A stretch of DNA of 64,000 bases from Octopus vulgaris (lineage: Eukaryota), in the NCBI GenBank assembly GCA_951406725.2, contig OX597834.1:18228001-18292000 (forward strand), given 5' to 3'. Below the pieces are notes generated by a model. The model was given only the letters and a program-made list of their open reading frames with translations, did no database searches and was not told where the DNA came from. This document shows positions 12,936 through 26,159 of this stretch, in pieces. Numbering within the stretch: the first letter of the stretch is position 1; every line of letters starts with the position of its first letter. The translations under genes and the position numbers were made by a program.

Positions 12936-13028
12936 ATTATTTCTTATATCATACTGAGGAATGTCCCAGGCTGGCTTCGGACAAAATACAGTACATTTTT
13001 TGCTTGGTTTGGGAAAATATCATTAGAG
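12936..13028 (+). CDS. CASD1: CASD1 coding exon (93 nt)
   Basis: Acceptor tttttcag|A, donor GAG|gtcagt. Encodes [31 protein letters not shown] (RNxPG..[14 protein letters not shown]). Confidence 0.95.
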
Positions 13029-13225
13029 GTCAGTATTACTTAATTAGTCCTTTCTTTATTCTTATTCATAAAATGTGCATCTGGGTATCACATATCAACC
13101 CTTGGAGAATGAAAGAGCCTCTGTGGTTTACTAGAAATCACCTTCAAATCACACTCTACCATCATAAAAAATGTATTCTGGTGGGGAATACAGGATAGTG
13201 TTGTCCAAGATATAGTAGATTTGAA

Positions 13226-13441
13226 GGTGGCGAGCATGCCAGTTGAAATGCTTAGTGGTATTTTGTCTGCCGTTACATTCTGTGTTCAAATTCCGCTGAG
13301 GTCAACTTTGCCTTTCATCCTTTCGGGGTCGATAAATTAAGTACCAGTTACACAACTGAGGTCGATGTAATTGACTTAATCCGTTTGTCTGTCCTTGTTT
13401 GTCCCCTCTGTGTTTAGCCCCTTGTGGGCAATAAAGAAATA
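13226..13441 (+). mobile_element. SINE family A
   Basis: Same body and tail as 6594-6826. Confidence 0.82.
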
Positions 13442-13657
13442 AGATAGAGTAGATTTGAAAATAAATCAGGACTGCCACAGTTGGAATGTCTTTGATTATA
13501 AGTCTGCTCAATCAAGACTGACTTGGAACTAAACAACAACAACAACTATGGGGAAGGAAGGAATCTTGTTGTTTGGAAGAAGAGTTAAAAGTGATGTGTG
13601 TAAAATGTTCCTTTGTGTTTGTAAAAAGTACTTGGGCCAAGAGAAACGAAGATCCAC

Positions 13658-13975
13658 GCACAGGCATGGTTGTGTAGTTAAGAAGTTCGCTTTGTAACCA
13701 CGTGGCTTTCAGTTCAATCTCACTGTGCAACACCTTGAGCAAGTGTCTTCTATTTTAGTCTTAGTTTTACCAATGCCTTGTGAGTGAATTTGTCAAACAG
13801 AAACTGTATGGAAGCCTGTCATAATTTATATTTATGTCTGCATTTGTCACTAACTGCCTGACAACCTATGTTGGTTTGTTTATGTCCTTGTGACTTCACA
13901 GTTTGGCAAAAGAGTGCTGGGTTCAATTTGTTTGATGAAATCCTTCAACACAGGGCCCCAAGTAAAAAATAAGGG
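13658..13975 (+). mobile_element. SINE family B, degraded; another degraded copy at ~14310-14640
   Basis: gcacaggcatggttgtgtagttaag..caccttgagcaagtgtcttc..gccttgtgagtgaattt. Confidence 0.65.
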
Positions 13976-14808
13976 AAATATACTCTGTCAAAAGAACAAA
14001 TTTCTCTCATTTGCTGTTCATCAACTGGTTAGGTTTTTTAAGAATTTAATTGAACATCAATTTAAATGACAGCTATCGTACAAGTGTTATATTTTCAACT
14101 CTTTGTGAAACAGTTTCTTTTGTGGAATTCTTTAATTTTTGTTTTATCCTCCACGTTTAAATCCGTGTTGAAGCACTGCATTCCAAGATAATGGTTCTTT
14201 GTTTTAATTAATTTATTTTTAAGGAAGGTACAATGGTGATAATTAGTTTGTTCCTCATTACCTACCTAACATTTATTTTATGAAACCTAAAAGTCTTGGT
14301 AAGATTTGAACCTGTGGCTTTGTGGTTAGAAATTTGCTTCCCATTCAGTCCCACTGCATGGCACCTTGGGCAAGTGTTTTCTAATATAGTCTCAAGCTGA
14401 CTTAAAGCCTTATCAGTGTATTTGGTAAATGAAACTGAAAGAAGCCCATCAGATATATGTGTGTGTGTGTGTTTTTGTGTTTCTGCTTGTCCTCCACCAC
14501 TGCTTGACAACCGATGTTGGTGTGTTTACATACCTAAGTACCAGACTTTAAAAAAAAACACTGGGGTTGATTTCTTTGACTAAAATTCTTCAAGGCAGTG
14601 CTCCAGCATGACTAGTCCAATGACTGAAACAAAAGGTTAAAGATACCCAAGTAAATACCATTATCTCCATCATCCCATGTGCTACCATTCACCCAATACT
14701 GAAAGAAAATAACTGCTTGATGTATCATTAATAATATTTCATTTTTCTTTATCAAATTTTTCATTATCTAATTTTTTTATTTCTCTATTTTTTTCCCCCT
14801 ATTTCCAG

Positions 14809-15066
14809 TTATTCATTGCTCAGTATCACATCTGGTTGGCATCGGACACTCATGGTATTTTGGTGTTAGTTCCTGGCTACCCAGTTCTCAATGTGGTTAT
14901 CACTTCATACATTCTCGTCTGCATCTGCCATGAAATTCATTGTATTACCACAGGGCTGGTGAAGTATGCAGTGCCCAGTGACTGGAAAATGTTACTACGG
15001 AATATCGTTCTCTTTGTGGCCATTCTGCTACCAGTCTCAATTAAAGAAGGGGCTCTTGTGTTGTGA
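14809..15066 (+). CDS. CASD1: CASD1 terminal coding exon
   Basis: Acceptor tttccag|T. Encodes [43 protein letters not shown]...GALVL, with stop TGA at 15064-15066. QYHIWLAxDTxG is the conserved Cas1_AcylT C-terminal motif. Confidence 0.95.
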   Translation, partial: LFIAQYHIWLASDTHGILVLVPGYPVLNVVITSYILVCICHEIHCITTGLVKYAVPSDWKMLLRNIVLFVAILLPVSIKEGALVL

Positions 15067-16269
15067 TTCTATATGGTAAAGGAGCTTATATTGAGCACAT
15101 CTGTGATGTTGATATTACCAACAGTTTCTCTATGGAGTACAAAACTACAGAGAGAGATGGAAAGAGAAGAAAACATACCTGGGTGAAACTCTTGCACAGA
15201 TACCTGTGTACCTGTGTGAGTGCATAACTCTAATTGTATGTCTGAGGACGTACTTGTGCATATGTGTTCAAACACATATACACAGATACATGAGTGCATT
15301 TTTTTTTTGTAAGTGTATGTGTATGCGTGTGTTGGTTGAGAATGAAAGCAGAAATATCTGCTGGCATTTGTGTTGCTGGTCGCATGAGGGGTTCCTCCTA
15401 CTCAGCGACCAATTTCAGACAAACCCACAATCAATTCACTTTCCTCAGAGTTCAGGTTAATTGGCAGAAAGTCATCAAAACTTGGTCTATTTATTTGTGT
15501 ACAGACTATTTGTGATTTGATACTGAACATATTTGATATAAATTTGTGCAGAACTGAAGTTTGGTGAAGTACTGAGAGAGAAAGCAGGAGAGGAAGAAAG
15601 AAAAAGAAAAAAGGAAAAAAAAGAGAGAAAAATAAAACTGGCGTTTAAATTAGGAGTTTCTGCTACTTCCAAACAGACTAATTCAGTTTGAATGACACTA
15701 ACCAGGTTTCAGCTTTGTTATATTTCTATGTGAAATAGAAACTAGTCAAAGATTAATTTCAAAGTGGAAATCCTTGATAATTGTTTTAAAAAAGATCAGA
15801 CACCAAAAGAATGTTATTTATTTTAAAATTTCTTTGCTTTTTTTCTTTCTTTGTCTGCATAATGCTCAGTTTTCATCAAAAGAACCTGATATAAAACAAA
15901 AAATAAAATTATAAAAAAATAAAAAAAAAAGAAATGCAAATCTTTCCTGTAAAACCCATCATCCAAAACACCAGTCTGTGAACAAAAATCAAATTTTATG
16001 GTGTTGTTTTTGCAGCTAAACATTCATGGCAAGTTAAAGAAAGTTGATTTGAAGATTGAACATGTTATCATTTCTCAGCTTGGTACCAAACATTGGTGGC
16101 TGAGGAAAGATTCAGGATTACTGTACTATATTTCATATATTGAATAGTGTTTGAGTTTTTTTTTATGAACTATGAGATATATGTATGTATACACACACAC
16201 ACACTATAAAACATATTGAGCATTCTTTGTCTTTTGTTATAGAATGTGTGTGTGTGTGTGAATATATTT

Positions 16270-16314
<45 letters not shown>

Positions 16315-19300
16315 TATATATATAAAATGTGTATGTGTATATATATTTTCTTGTCTTTAAAATTTAGATTTCTTTTTTAAGAGTCCCTGATATTTTCTAT
16401 CCAAAATATATTTTAGCAAAATCAAATAAGCTCGTTTAGAATGTTGTTAAAATTTATTAAATTTCTCCATAATTCTTAATTATTTGCTGATTTCTTGTAA
16501 AATTATTTTATCTAATCAAGAATGTAATATTTATTTTAAAAAGTTATTGGATGGTAGAATTGGCAAAGTCCCAGACAAAAATAAGTTATGATATTTAGTT
16601 ACATCTCTTTATATGTGCTAAGTTCAAATTCCCTCAGGGTCGACTTTGCCTTCCATTTTTCCATTGTCAATAATATAAGTACTAATGAAGTACTTGGAGT
16701 TAATGTTATTAACTATGCTAGACATAGTCAACTTTCGTTGATTAGTGGGCTGCATGGGACATGACACACCATCTGGTGGGCCACATTACAAAAGAAAAAA
16801 ATTTCCAAGAAATTTTTTTGTTAGGTGTGTTTCTTAGGAAGTCCTCTGGGCTGCAGTTTGCCCATGACTAGACTAAATCTTCTCACCATCACCACCACCA
16901 TCACCAAACATGTGGCCTTGTGCCTCTGTAAGATATTATTACTTAAAATATAATTTGTTGAAGTTTCAAGTTGACTATTAGTTTAAGGAAATTTAGCATA
17001 TTGTTGAAACGTTGGAAAAAAAAAATAAATAAGAATTATGATCAACAGCTATAAATATCAGTCTTGAATGTACATTTGGCATTATTGAGGAATGGTGGTT
17101 TTCATGTCTTTTATAACATTTCTCATGGAAAGATATCTCATTTTACGTCTCACCTTTTACCTGTGAGATGTAAATAATTTATCTCCAGTAAAAATCTAAT
17201 CCTTTATTCTTATTTAAAAAAAAAAGGTTCTCTATCACATATTTCCTTTTTCTGGTTGTATAACTCTTATTTTCTCTTGAGTATGGTTGTGAACTATCAT
17301 TCTCTGTCTCTCTCTGTTTCTGTTATTGGGGGGTCCTTGTTTCTGTAGAGATCTTTGTTAGACATGATTATTGTTCTTTAATTCCTCTTTCTTTTTTTTT
17401 CTGTGGTGCAATCAGCAGTAAGAGGACAGTACTTGTGACAATCACAAACCCTCCACTTGATCAGTATATCAATGGAATTCCAAAAGATTGTCACACAGGG
17501 ACAGAAGGAGTAGGTGTAATATTAGTTAGTGAGGGGTGAGGTGCTTCAAGTAGGTTTACAATGTGTTAGTTTGAGAGGAATATGGGCCATTGTTGCAATA
17601 TTTCTATTGAGATGTAGACATGATACATTTGTTCCATGGAGATGTAGCATACATGTTATGTGGTATCTTGATCTGTTAAAAATAGCAGCCAAATTCATCT
17701 CATATCACATCCTGTCATCTTTAAAGAAAGAAAGGACATACTGGATAATGTAGCCTGAGCTAGACTTTCCAAACTATGGAATGGTCATCACTAGAATATC
17801 TCTGATCTTAGATCTATTTCATCAAGGTTGACCTGAGGTTACAAAATAAAAATCCCCCCCGAAAAAAACCCAGCCAAACATCTCCATTGCATCTATTTAC
17901 AATTAGATGGGCTGTGGCAAGGAGTGTTTTTTATCAGGGCCATAGTACAACACCAGAAATAAGAGTTTGGATGAAGCCTGAGGATTCCTCATATTTGAAC
18001 AACATTATTGTATTTAAGCAGTTATATCATCTGAAGGCTGTTGTAGAAATACTGACATTTGAATAATTTCATTATAAAAGAATATGTAATTTTTTTTATA
18101 TTTTTACATGACATGTTTCTTATCCTTTTTTAAGTTGAAAATAATAATTTTTTTGGTCAGTGTATTGATAATTTAGGTAATATAAGGTTAATGCAGCTTT
18201 GAAGACAATATTTAATAGTGGTTTTATCCTTAAAAACTAAATGACTTCTCTCTCTGATAAAAAGTTCTGCCTTAAAGCATTAGACTTCTATTTCTTCCTC
18301 TTTCTTGCTATAATCATTTTTAACCACTTTTTAATGACTTTCATAACTCAAATGAAATTTCTTGTGGAAAATTTATGATACATGGATGCTCTTCCTGTCA
18401 CCCACCCTCACTTGTTTCCAGCACAATGGCTGGACATGTTTTCACGGGACATTGCAAATAAGCACCACCCCTTGTATAGCAATGATGTTTGTTTACAGTT
18501 AGTGTGTTATCTCAAGACAAAGAGACGTGAGCACACACGTGCACGCGCACACACACAACTATCTCCTTTTAGTCTCTGTCTACCAAATCTCATGAGCCTT
18601 TGGTCTATCCAGGGCTATAGTAGAAACACTTGCCCAAGGTGCTGTGTAGTAGTACTGAACCCCAAGCCATGCAGTTGCAAAGCAAGCATCTTAAACCAGT
18701 CAGCCATATCCTTCTGTTTAAATTATTTGTCTTTCTTTCTGCTGACACAAAATGTTACTAGTTTCCCTTGGTTGCATTGTTTTACCATTTAATAGTTATT
18801 TAACCCTTTGACATTATATTTTATATAGTTCTTAACAAAAAAATAAAATAAAATAAAAATAAAAATAAAGAGAAAACTTAATTGTAATAAAATTTTATGT
18901 TGAACTTTATGAACATGTTGAACATATATAAAAATGTCTTTTCCTTGCAAAACTGATTCTGATAAGAGAAAACATCTACAACTGATTTTCTGGTCTTATT
19001 TTAAAGAAGACATATTGGTTTTCTTTTTATTTTGACTACCTAACTGCAAGGTCTCAGATTAAAATGGAGGAAATGAAATTGTGTAACATACGTGTTTTTC
19101 TAAAGAAAGCTGCAGTGTAATGGTAATGACATGAGACCAACTAAAATTATGATATAACTGCACCCAACAGATGACATTTATTTCTCTCCTGCATATAGAT
19201 GAAGAATATGTAGTTGAGAAGTGAATGTTATTATTTATGTACAATACTGTAACATTGAAAATGTTATTTGAAATGTTTTGAAATTCCACTGTTGAAAGCC

Positions 19301-19706
19301 AATCTTTAAAGAGTGGTCTATTTTTCTTTACAATTGTTGAAAATTTTTTTTTCATTATTCCTTGACTAAACAGTAAACTCAAGTTCTACCCAAGAACAGT
19401 TTGGAACTGGAATTTATCACCAGATTTACCTATGAACCCCTGAGCTTTGCAAAATGAATAACTTTATTTGAAAATCAACAGTTATGAGATCTTTCTGTTT
19501 GAGATTTTTCGTAAAAAAAACTTGCTAAGAGTTTAGCCATAGATAATAGACAAATGTCCAGGAAAGAGAATATAATGTACAAAGTTAAATTTTATTCATA
19601 TCTCTTTTATGATTATAATAAAATTAAAATATTTTCCTTTCATATTTTTCTTTCTTCAATGCTTTTATTTTCATACATTTGTGTGTATATTTTTTTTATT
19701 TCTCTC

Positions 19707-19751
<45 letters not shown>

Positions 19752-19761
<10 letters not shown>

Positions 19762-20234
19762 GAAATGAGGTACTCAGAAAATCGGATGGTTTATATTTAC
19801 AGATATTTATTTGTATATTACCTTTTTTATATATCATATAACTTAGATCATATATTAGCGCTTTCTCCCATTCTAGTGGAGTTTTCAAATCAAACTAAGT
19901 TCCTGTGTGAGGAGTCTTGACCATTTTATAGTGGTATTGAGTTTGTAGTGGTGGGGAGGAATATAAGACAGTACAAGAGGGTGATGGATGAGGAGAAAGT
20001 GAGAGAGAGAACCATCCATCACCCTCTTGTACTGTCTTATATTTCTCGCCACCACTATAAAATGGTCAAGACTCCTCACACAGGAACTTAGTTTGATTTG
20101 AAAACCCCACTAGAATGGGAGAAAGCGCTAATACATGATCTAAGTTATATGATGTATAAAAAATGTAATATACAAATAAATATCTGTAAATATAAACCAT
20201 CCGATTTTCTGAGTACCTCATTTCTTCTAATATA
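19752..20234. repeat. Long inverted repeat / foldback element (~230-bp arms, ~20-nt loop) within (TA)n
   Basis: 19752-19990 is the near-perfect reverse complement of 20013-20234, apart from a short duplication in the left arm. Confidence 0.92.
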
Positions 20235-20261
20235 AAATACCTGTACATCATCTCCAAACCT

Positions 20262-20296
<35 letters not shown>

Positions 20297-20629
20297 CATT
20301 GTTTAACATCCACTTTTCCATGCTTGTATGGGTTGGATGAAATTTGTTGAGGCTGTGATTTTCTACAGCTGGATGCCTTTCCTGTCACTAAGCCTTGTGT
20401 GTTCATTTGTATGTATTTGCCATCTGTGCTTCCTTGTTGATTTTCCGTCACTTTTGACTTCCCAGATGATTATTCAGTCCCACTTCAGATCTGCATGGTT
20501 TCCAACTAGTTGGGTCTGCACTCATTGCCACTCTTTCAGGACTTTCAGTTGATGGAATGACAAATAAAGTTACCATAAAGAGACATCTGTATGTCATTGG
20601 ATTATAGTGATAAACACTTGTATGACACG

Positions 20630-21050
20630 AATACCTATTTCTTTAGTACCCACAAGGGGCTAAACACAGAGAGAACAAACAAGGACAGACAAACGGATTA
20701 AGTCGATTATATCAACCCCAGTACGTAACTGGTCCTTATTTAATCGACCCCGAAAGGATGAAAGGCAAAGTCGACCTCGGCAGAATTTGAACTCAGAACG
20801 TAACAGCAGACGAAATACCTATTTCTTTATTACCCACGAGGGGCTAAACATAGAGGGGACAAACATGGACAGACATAGGTATTAAGTCGATTATATCGAC
20901 CCCAGTGCTTAACTGGTACTTAATTTATCGACCCCGAAAGGATGAAAGGCAAAGTTGACCTCGGCGGAATTTGAACTCAGAACGTAATGGCAGACGAAAT
21001 ACCGATAAGCATTTCGCCCGGCGTGCTAACGATTCTGCCAGCTCGCCACC
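20630..21050 (-). mobile_element. SINE family A head-to-tail dimer
   Basis: Full monomer plus a headless second unit, joined at gacgaaatacc|tatttcttt (~20819). Confidence 0.85.
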
Positions 21051-22349
21051 CTCAAATGACACGAACACCACACTCTGAGTCACTGTGATTAGCACCTTGT
21101 GAGAAGCTGAATTGAGATGACCAGTAATCATATGAAACTGCAGGTTTTACATCAGTGTCCTTCTCCTACAAGGATGCTGTGACAACAGCTAGGGATCCTC
21201 TGCACCTGGTGATTTTACTGTGTGCTCTATACACACACATAATTGAAGAGCTCTTCCACTGTTTCAACTTAGTGGATTAACATGCTAAGTAGTTGAGTAT
21301 TCCACAGACTTTTCTACTCTTGACTTAATTCTTAAGCAGAGGCAGTGTGACACAATAGGTAACAATTCTAGACCTTTAACTTACAGGCAGAGTCCATTCA
21401 ATGGGCTTCTATATAGTCTTCTACACAATTTCACTCTCAAGGCAGGAGGTCAATGTAAAACTATTGAAAAAGACATCTGCTGAAGATGCACCACAGTGGA
21501 TTTGAACCTGGGATCTCATGGTTGCAATGTGGACTTCTTAACCACTCACCCATCCCTGTGTTCTGTTTATATGTATGTGTATAAGGAAGCTTATTTTTTT
21601 ACATGAAACATATTCCTTATCTTTATATATTTTAAATAAAAGAATGGTAAATAATTTTCCTTTGGCAAATTGACAATTTAGGTTTTACAGGATTAACAAG
21701 AATTTCTTCACTTCTACTAAATCCGTTTAAAAGGTACCTATTCAACAGCTTAGTGGACTGGATTAATTTATTAAAGTATACTGCTATCAATAAGGAAAAC
21801 CTCTATCCCATCGCTTAACTTGCTTGAAATGAAATAGCAACCAGATCCTCCTCAATTACCTTACCATCTTACAAAAAAAAAAAAGGAAAATAGCATTGAA
21901 AAATATGGTTTAGATATACTAAAACACAGGATGGTCAAGTCTGGAACAGCTTTGATCATTGGTCTGCTTCATCAATGTTAAATTGGTGGACCAAGTCACT
22001 TTGTACCTCATCATTAACAGTACAGAGAGCTTACAAACTTTACTTTGACCTTCAAAATCTCGATTTCATCACTGAAATATGAAAACTTATGTAAAAATTC
22101 TTAACTCTTTAACATTTAAGCCAGTCATATCTGGCTCTGATATGCACAAACTACCCAGATTCAGCCTCTCACACTTCACATACAAAGTCATTCCAAAAAT
22201 AATCACAACATTGAAATCTTGAAGCTACAAGGTAAAATGCATGATTAATTCAAAACAATGTGAATACATAAGCATTAATTTGTTTAAAATGTTTGAAGTA
22301 AAACCTACTCCCTCCACAACACTAATCTCAAAAAGTCTTCGTGTGAACG

Positions 22350-23107
22350 TGACCTGGGTGTTATTGTTGACTGATTTGCGTTGGACAAAACACATCGCTA
22401 AAATTGTCAAGAAGGCTGAGGTTGTCTTGGCATCACTCACCAAATCCTTTGTGAGCTGCTCTCTGACTATCTATCTGCGGCTTTATATAGCTATGGTAAG
22501 ACCTCACCTGGAATTTGCATCACCGGTCTGGAACCCCTATCTTGCCCAGGATATCAATCGTCTGGAAGCCATTCAGCGATGTGCAACCAAAAGGATACCC
22601 TCCATCATACATTTACCATATTCTGAACGCCTTACTTCCCTGGGCATGGACACATTGAAACTCCGACGTCTGGCAGCTGACTTGGCAGACACCCATAAAA
22701 TTATCAACCATCTTACAAACAATAACTCTGAGCACCTTTTCAAACTCCACCCATCTAACACCCGTGGACATATTTACAAAGTCAGAAAACAGCACAGCTC
22801 CCATGACTTTCGGAAACATTTTTTCACACTGAGAGTTGCTGAAGCATGGAACACACTGCCGGCATCAGTTGTTAGTTGTCGAAGCACTGCATCCTTCAAA
22901 ACTTCCATGCTTTCTGAGATTCGCCAACTCTACACCTGATTTCCTCCCCTCTATACACACACAAGCATATATCTGACTCATACATTGTTCGCTTTCCAGA
23001 CATTTGTACATTACTACATATACTTTATATGCACTTTCTGACAAGTTGTGGTGCACCTGAGCACTGTATACAATAATTTCTTTATTATTATTATTATTAT
23101 TATTATT
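22350..23107 (+). mobile_element. CR1-clade LINE 3' fragment
   Basis: Open frame with LRWTKHI..LYIAMVRPHLEFASPVWNPY..LEAIQRCATK..TRGH..FFTLRVAEAWNTLP (post-RT region of CR1 ORF2), ending in (TTA)n. Confidence 0.9.
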
Positions 23108-23474
23108 GTGGGGGGCGCAATGGCCCAATGGTTAGGGCAGCGGACTCGCGGTTTCGATTCCCAGACCGGGCGTTGTGAGTGTTTATTGAGCGAAAGCACC
23201 TAAAGCTCCACGAGGCTCCGGTAGGGATGGTGGTGATCCCTGCTGTACTCTTTCACCACAACTTTCTCTTATTTCCTGTTTCTGTTGTACCTGTATTTCA
23301 AAGGGCCGGCCTTGTCACTCTCTGTGTCACGCTGAATATCCCCGAGAACTACGTTAAGGGTACATGTGTCTGTGGAGTGCTCAGCCACTTACACGATAAT
23401 TTCATGAGCAGGCTGTTCCGTTGATTGGATCAACCGGAACCCTCGTCGTCGTAACCGACGGAGTGCTTCCATCC
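23108..23474 (+). mobile_element. Third tRNA-headed SINE (family C) inserted in the LINE tail
   Basis: ggcgcaatggcccaatggttagggcagcggactcgcggtttcgattccc (A/B box-like), CpG-rich; (ATT)n on both sides. A degraded relative is at ~47845-47990. Confidence 0.7.
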
Positions 23475-24171
23475 ATTATTATTATTATTATTATTAAAAC
23501 AGCTTTAATTTTTTTTTTTTTTCGAGAGGAGGGGGAGTGGAACAGTTGTCAAAGAAAGAAATTCCAAACACAAAAATAATCATATCATACCAATTTTATT
23601 ACTGTTTTACGTACGAGAAATACTAAATAAGATAAAAAATAAATAAAATGAAGACGTGTTGTCAAAAAAGGGATGTCGTGGTGACCAGCAGTATACAAAG
23701 AGCCAACAGAACTGGTTTTATGAAGAGTTAGCAATAAGAATCTTGAATTAAAAAAAAAACAAAATCTAATAGACATATAAAAAAAAGTTATAAGACGAGA
23801 GCTGTTGGGAACTTGTAATTGAAAAACATTTTCACAGCTCTTTTGTTAGGAAGGAAACCTATGATGTCCTGTTGGTTCCAAGGGAAGAGTTGGCGTGAGA
23901 TCTAGCAATAGAAAAATGTATCATTATAATTTTTTTTTTTTTTAAATAGCATTGATCTCCAGATATGATCTTAAATTTTGTAGCAGTAAGAAATATATAG
24001 ACCCGTATATGCTGCTGAGCAGCTCATGAAATCCCAGTTTTGTTTAGTACAAGTGAGATGAAAGCACAAGTAAAAACAAAAATTTAAATTTAAAAAAAAA
24101 ATAAATGTATGTAAACAATAAACAGACCAGCTGAATGTGTGTGAGTATATGTATGAATTTGTGTGTGTGAG

Positions 24172-24205
<34 letters not shown>

Positions 24206-24263
24206 CATACACACACACATATGTACATACATATATAAATAATAAATATCTCTATATATATAA

Positions 24264-24303
<40 letters not shown>

Positions 24304-26118
24304 ACTAAAATTCCAAGATAACATATGTATCAATAATTATAGGCTCAGATGTTTAATAGATATATACCTTCAGCCTTGCTGTATAAACAGATCATGTTGT
24401 TAAACTGCAGAGCACTCTCTGTGAGACAAATAGGAGGACAGCTTGACGAGCTTTGAAACTAGTTCTAAGGTTTGTCCTTCGGTTAGACAGAAAGAGGCCT
24501 TTGGTTTAACCTGAGTTTATTTACACACCAAGAATGAATGTACAGTTATCAACAACACACATGGGAACTTACAATTCATGAATCGGAAGAATCTCAAAGC
24601 AGAAAAACTATAATAGCATGTAAATATTGGGTAAAAAACCCTTCCGGATATAAAAAATTGAAGGCTGCTTAAGAGACATGCACCCATGTCTTCTGTAAGC
24701 ATAACAGGTACCTTTGACTTTTTTATCCAAAGAGCTTTTTAAGCAAGTAGTTATACAGTATTATTTATAGCTTTCCAGCTTTGAGATTCACTGTTCCAAA
24801 AACAGAATTTTTTTCATGTTTTCTCAAAGATTATCTATTCTTATCATTATATATGCATATATGCATGTATGTTTGTATTCATGTATTTATTTGTAAAGTT
24901 TTCGAAGTTACACACATTAAATGAGTGAAGCTTTCTCTTCTTCTGCTGGTCCCAGGTGGAAGGATGAAAAAAAAAAATTAAACATCTATATGTTAGGGAA
25001 GGTGAAATATGAATAGACATTATTTTTGATAATTAATAAAATAGAGAAGAAGAGAAGAAAAATAAAATAGTTTGACATTGGTGTGAATAAGTAATGGTAT
25101 GACAATGGTGTGAATGTTAATATTAATAGAATCAATACATATTGTTATAGGTTGACCCTCACAACCAGAATGTTGACAGAACATTCCCTGGGTCAGCCTA
25201 AAAAAAAATCAAAAACTGGACAATAAGTAACAAAAAACGAGGTAGTTTTCATAAACTTAAAACAAAAACATTTAAATTAGGTCAAATAAATAACACATAC
25301 CATTTTTTCTTTTTTTTTTTTTTGTACAAATCTCACACATCATGGAAAGCTCGAAATATTTTTCATGAACAGAAGTTTTGATGGAAAACAGATCAGGACC
25401 TCACAAAGGACTAGCAACCAGTTGTATTATTTAAAAAGGGTAGGATTTTTTTTTTTTGTAAATTTTTTCTTTCTTTCTTTTTTTTTTTTTGCAAATCTTT
25501 CAAACTGGAGAATTTCTTTAACTCTCATGGACGGCAAGAAATTCCAGAAATATTTGTTTCTAAAAAAATAAAAGTAATGAAAGGACTGGGTTTGAAAAAA
25601 AAAATTAAAAAAAGAAATTTAATGGTCATAAGGGAAAAATTGGAAAAAAAAAAAAAAAAAAAAGAAAAGAAAAAAGAAAACTGAATATTTCTGAATGCTG
25701 GAATTTTCAGAGATAAAAAATATATATAGATATATATATATATAAAGAATTCTGTCTCCCCAAATTTACCAGCCCCAACATCAAATCTATTAAGGAAATA
25801 TTGGCTAGTTTAGAAATGATGAAAGTTCATGATAAAATTGGTTTTTGAATAGGAGATGGCATTTGAAGGAATTTTAGCCAGCAGTCTTGTCTTTTTTAAT
25901 GGAAGTGCTTTAACCTTCTCAAAGACTGGTGAATTCTCATTAGAGGAATGTGATAAGGAATTGCTAAAAACTTCACATAGCTGTAACAATTAACATTTAG
26001 AGTTCAATTAAAACATACATTCACCAGAATTAAAGATCTTATTCACATGATTTTTGTCAGTATGAAAAAATATATCAAGAGTTGGCACACAATTTTTCTA
26101 CTTAAGATTTTTTAGAAA

Positions 26119-26159
<41 letters not shown>

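Noticed and set aside
20630-21050. Hammerhead ribozyme/retrozyme explanation for the SINE dimers
   Set aside because: No CTGANGA..GAAA core found on either strand.
22241-22939. 232-aa ORF as a host gene
   Set aside because: C-terminal part of CR1 ORF2 fused by chance to upstream non-LINE sequence.
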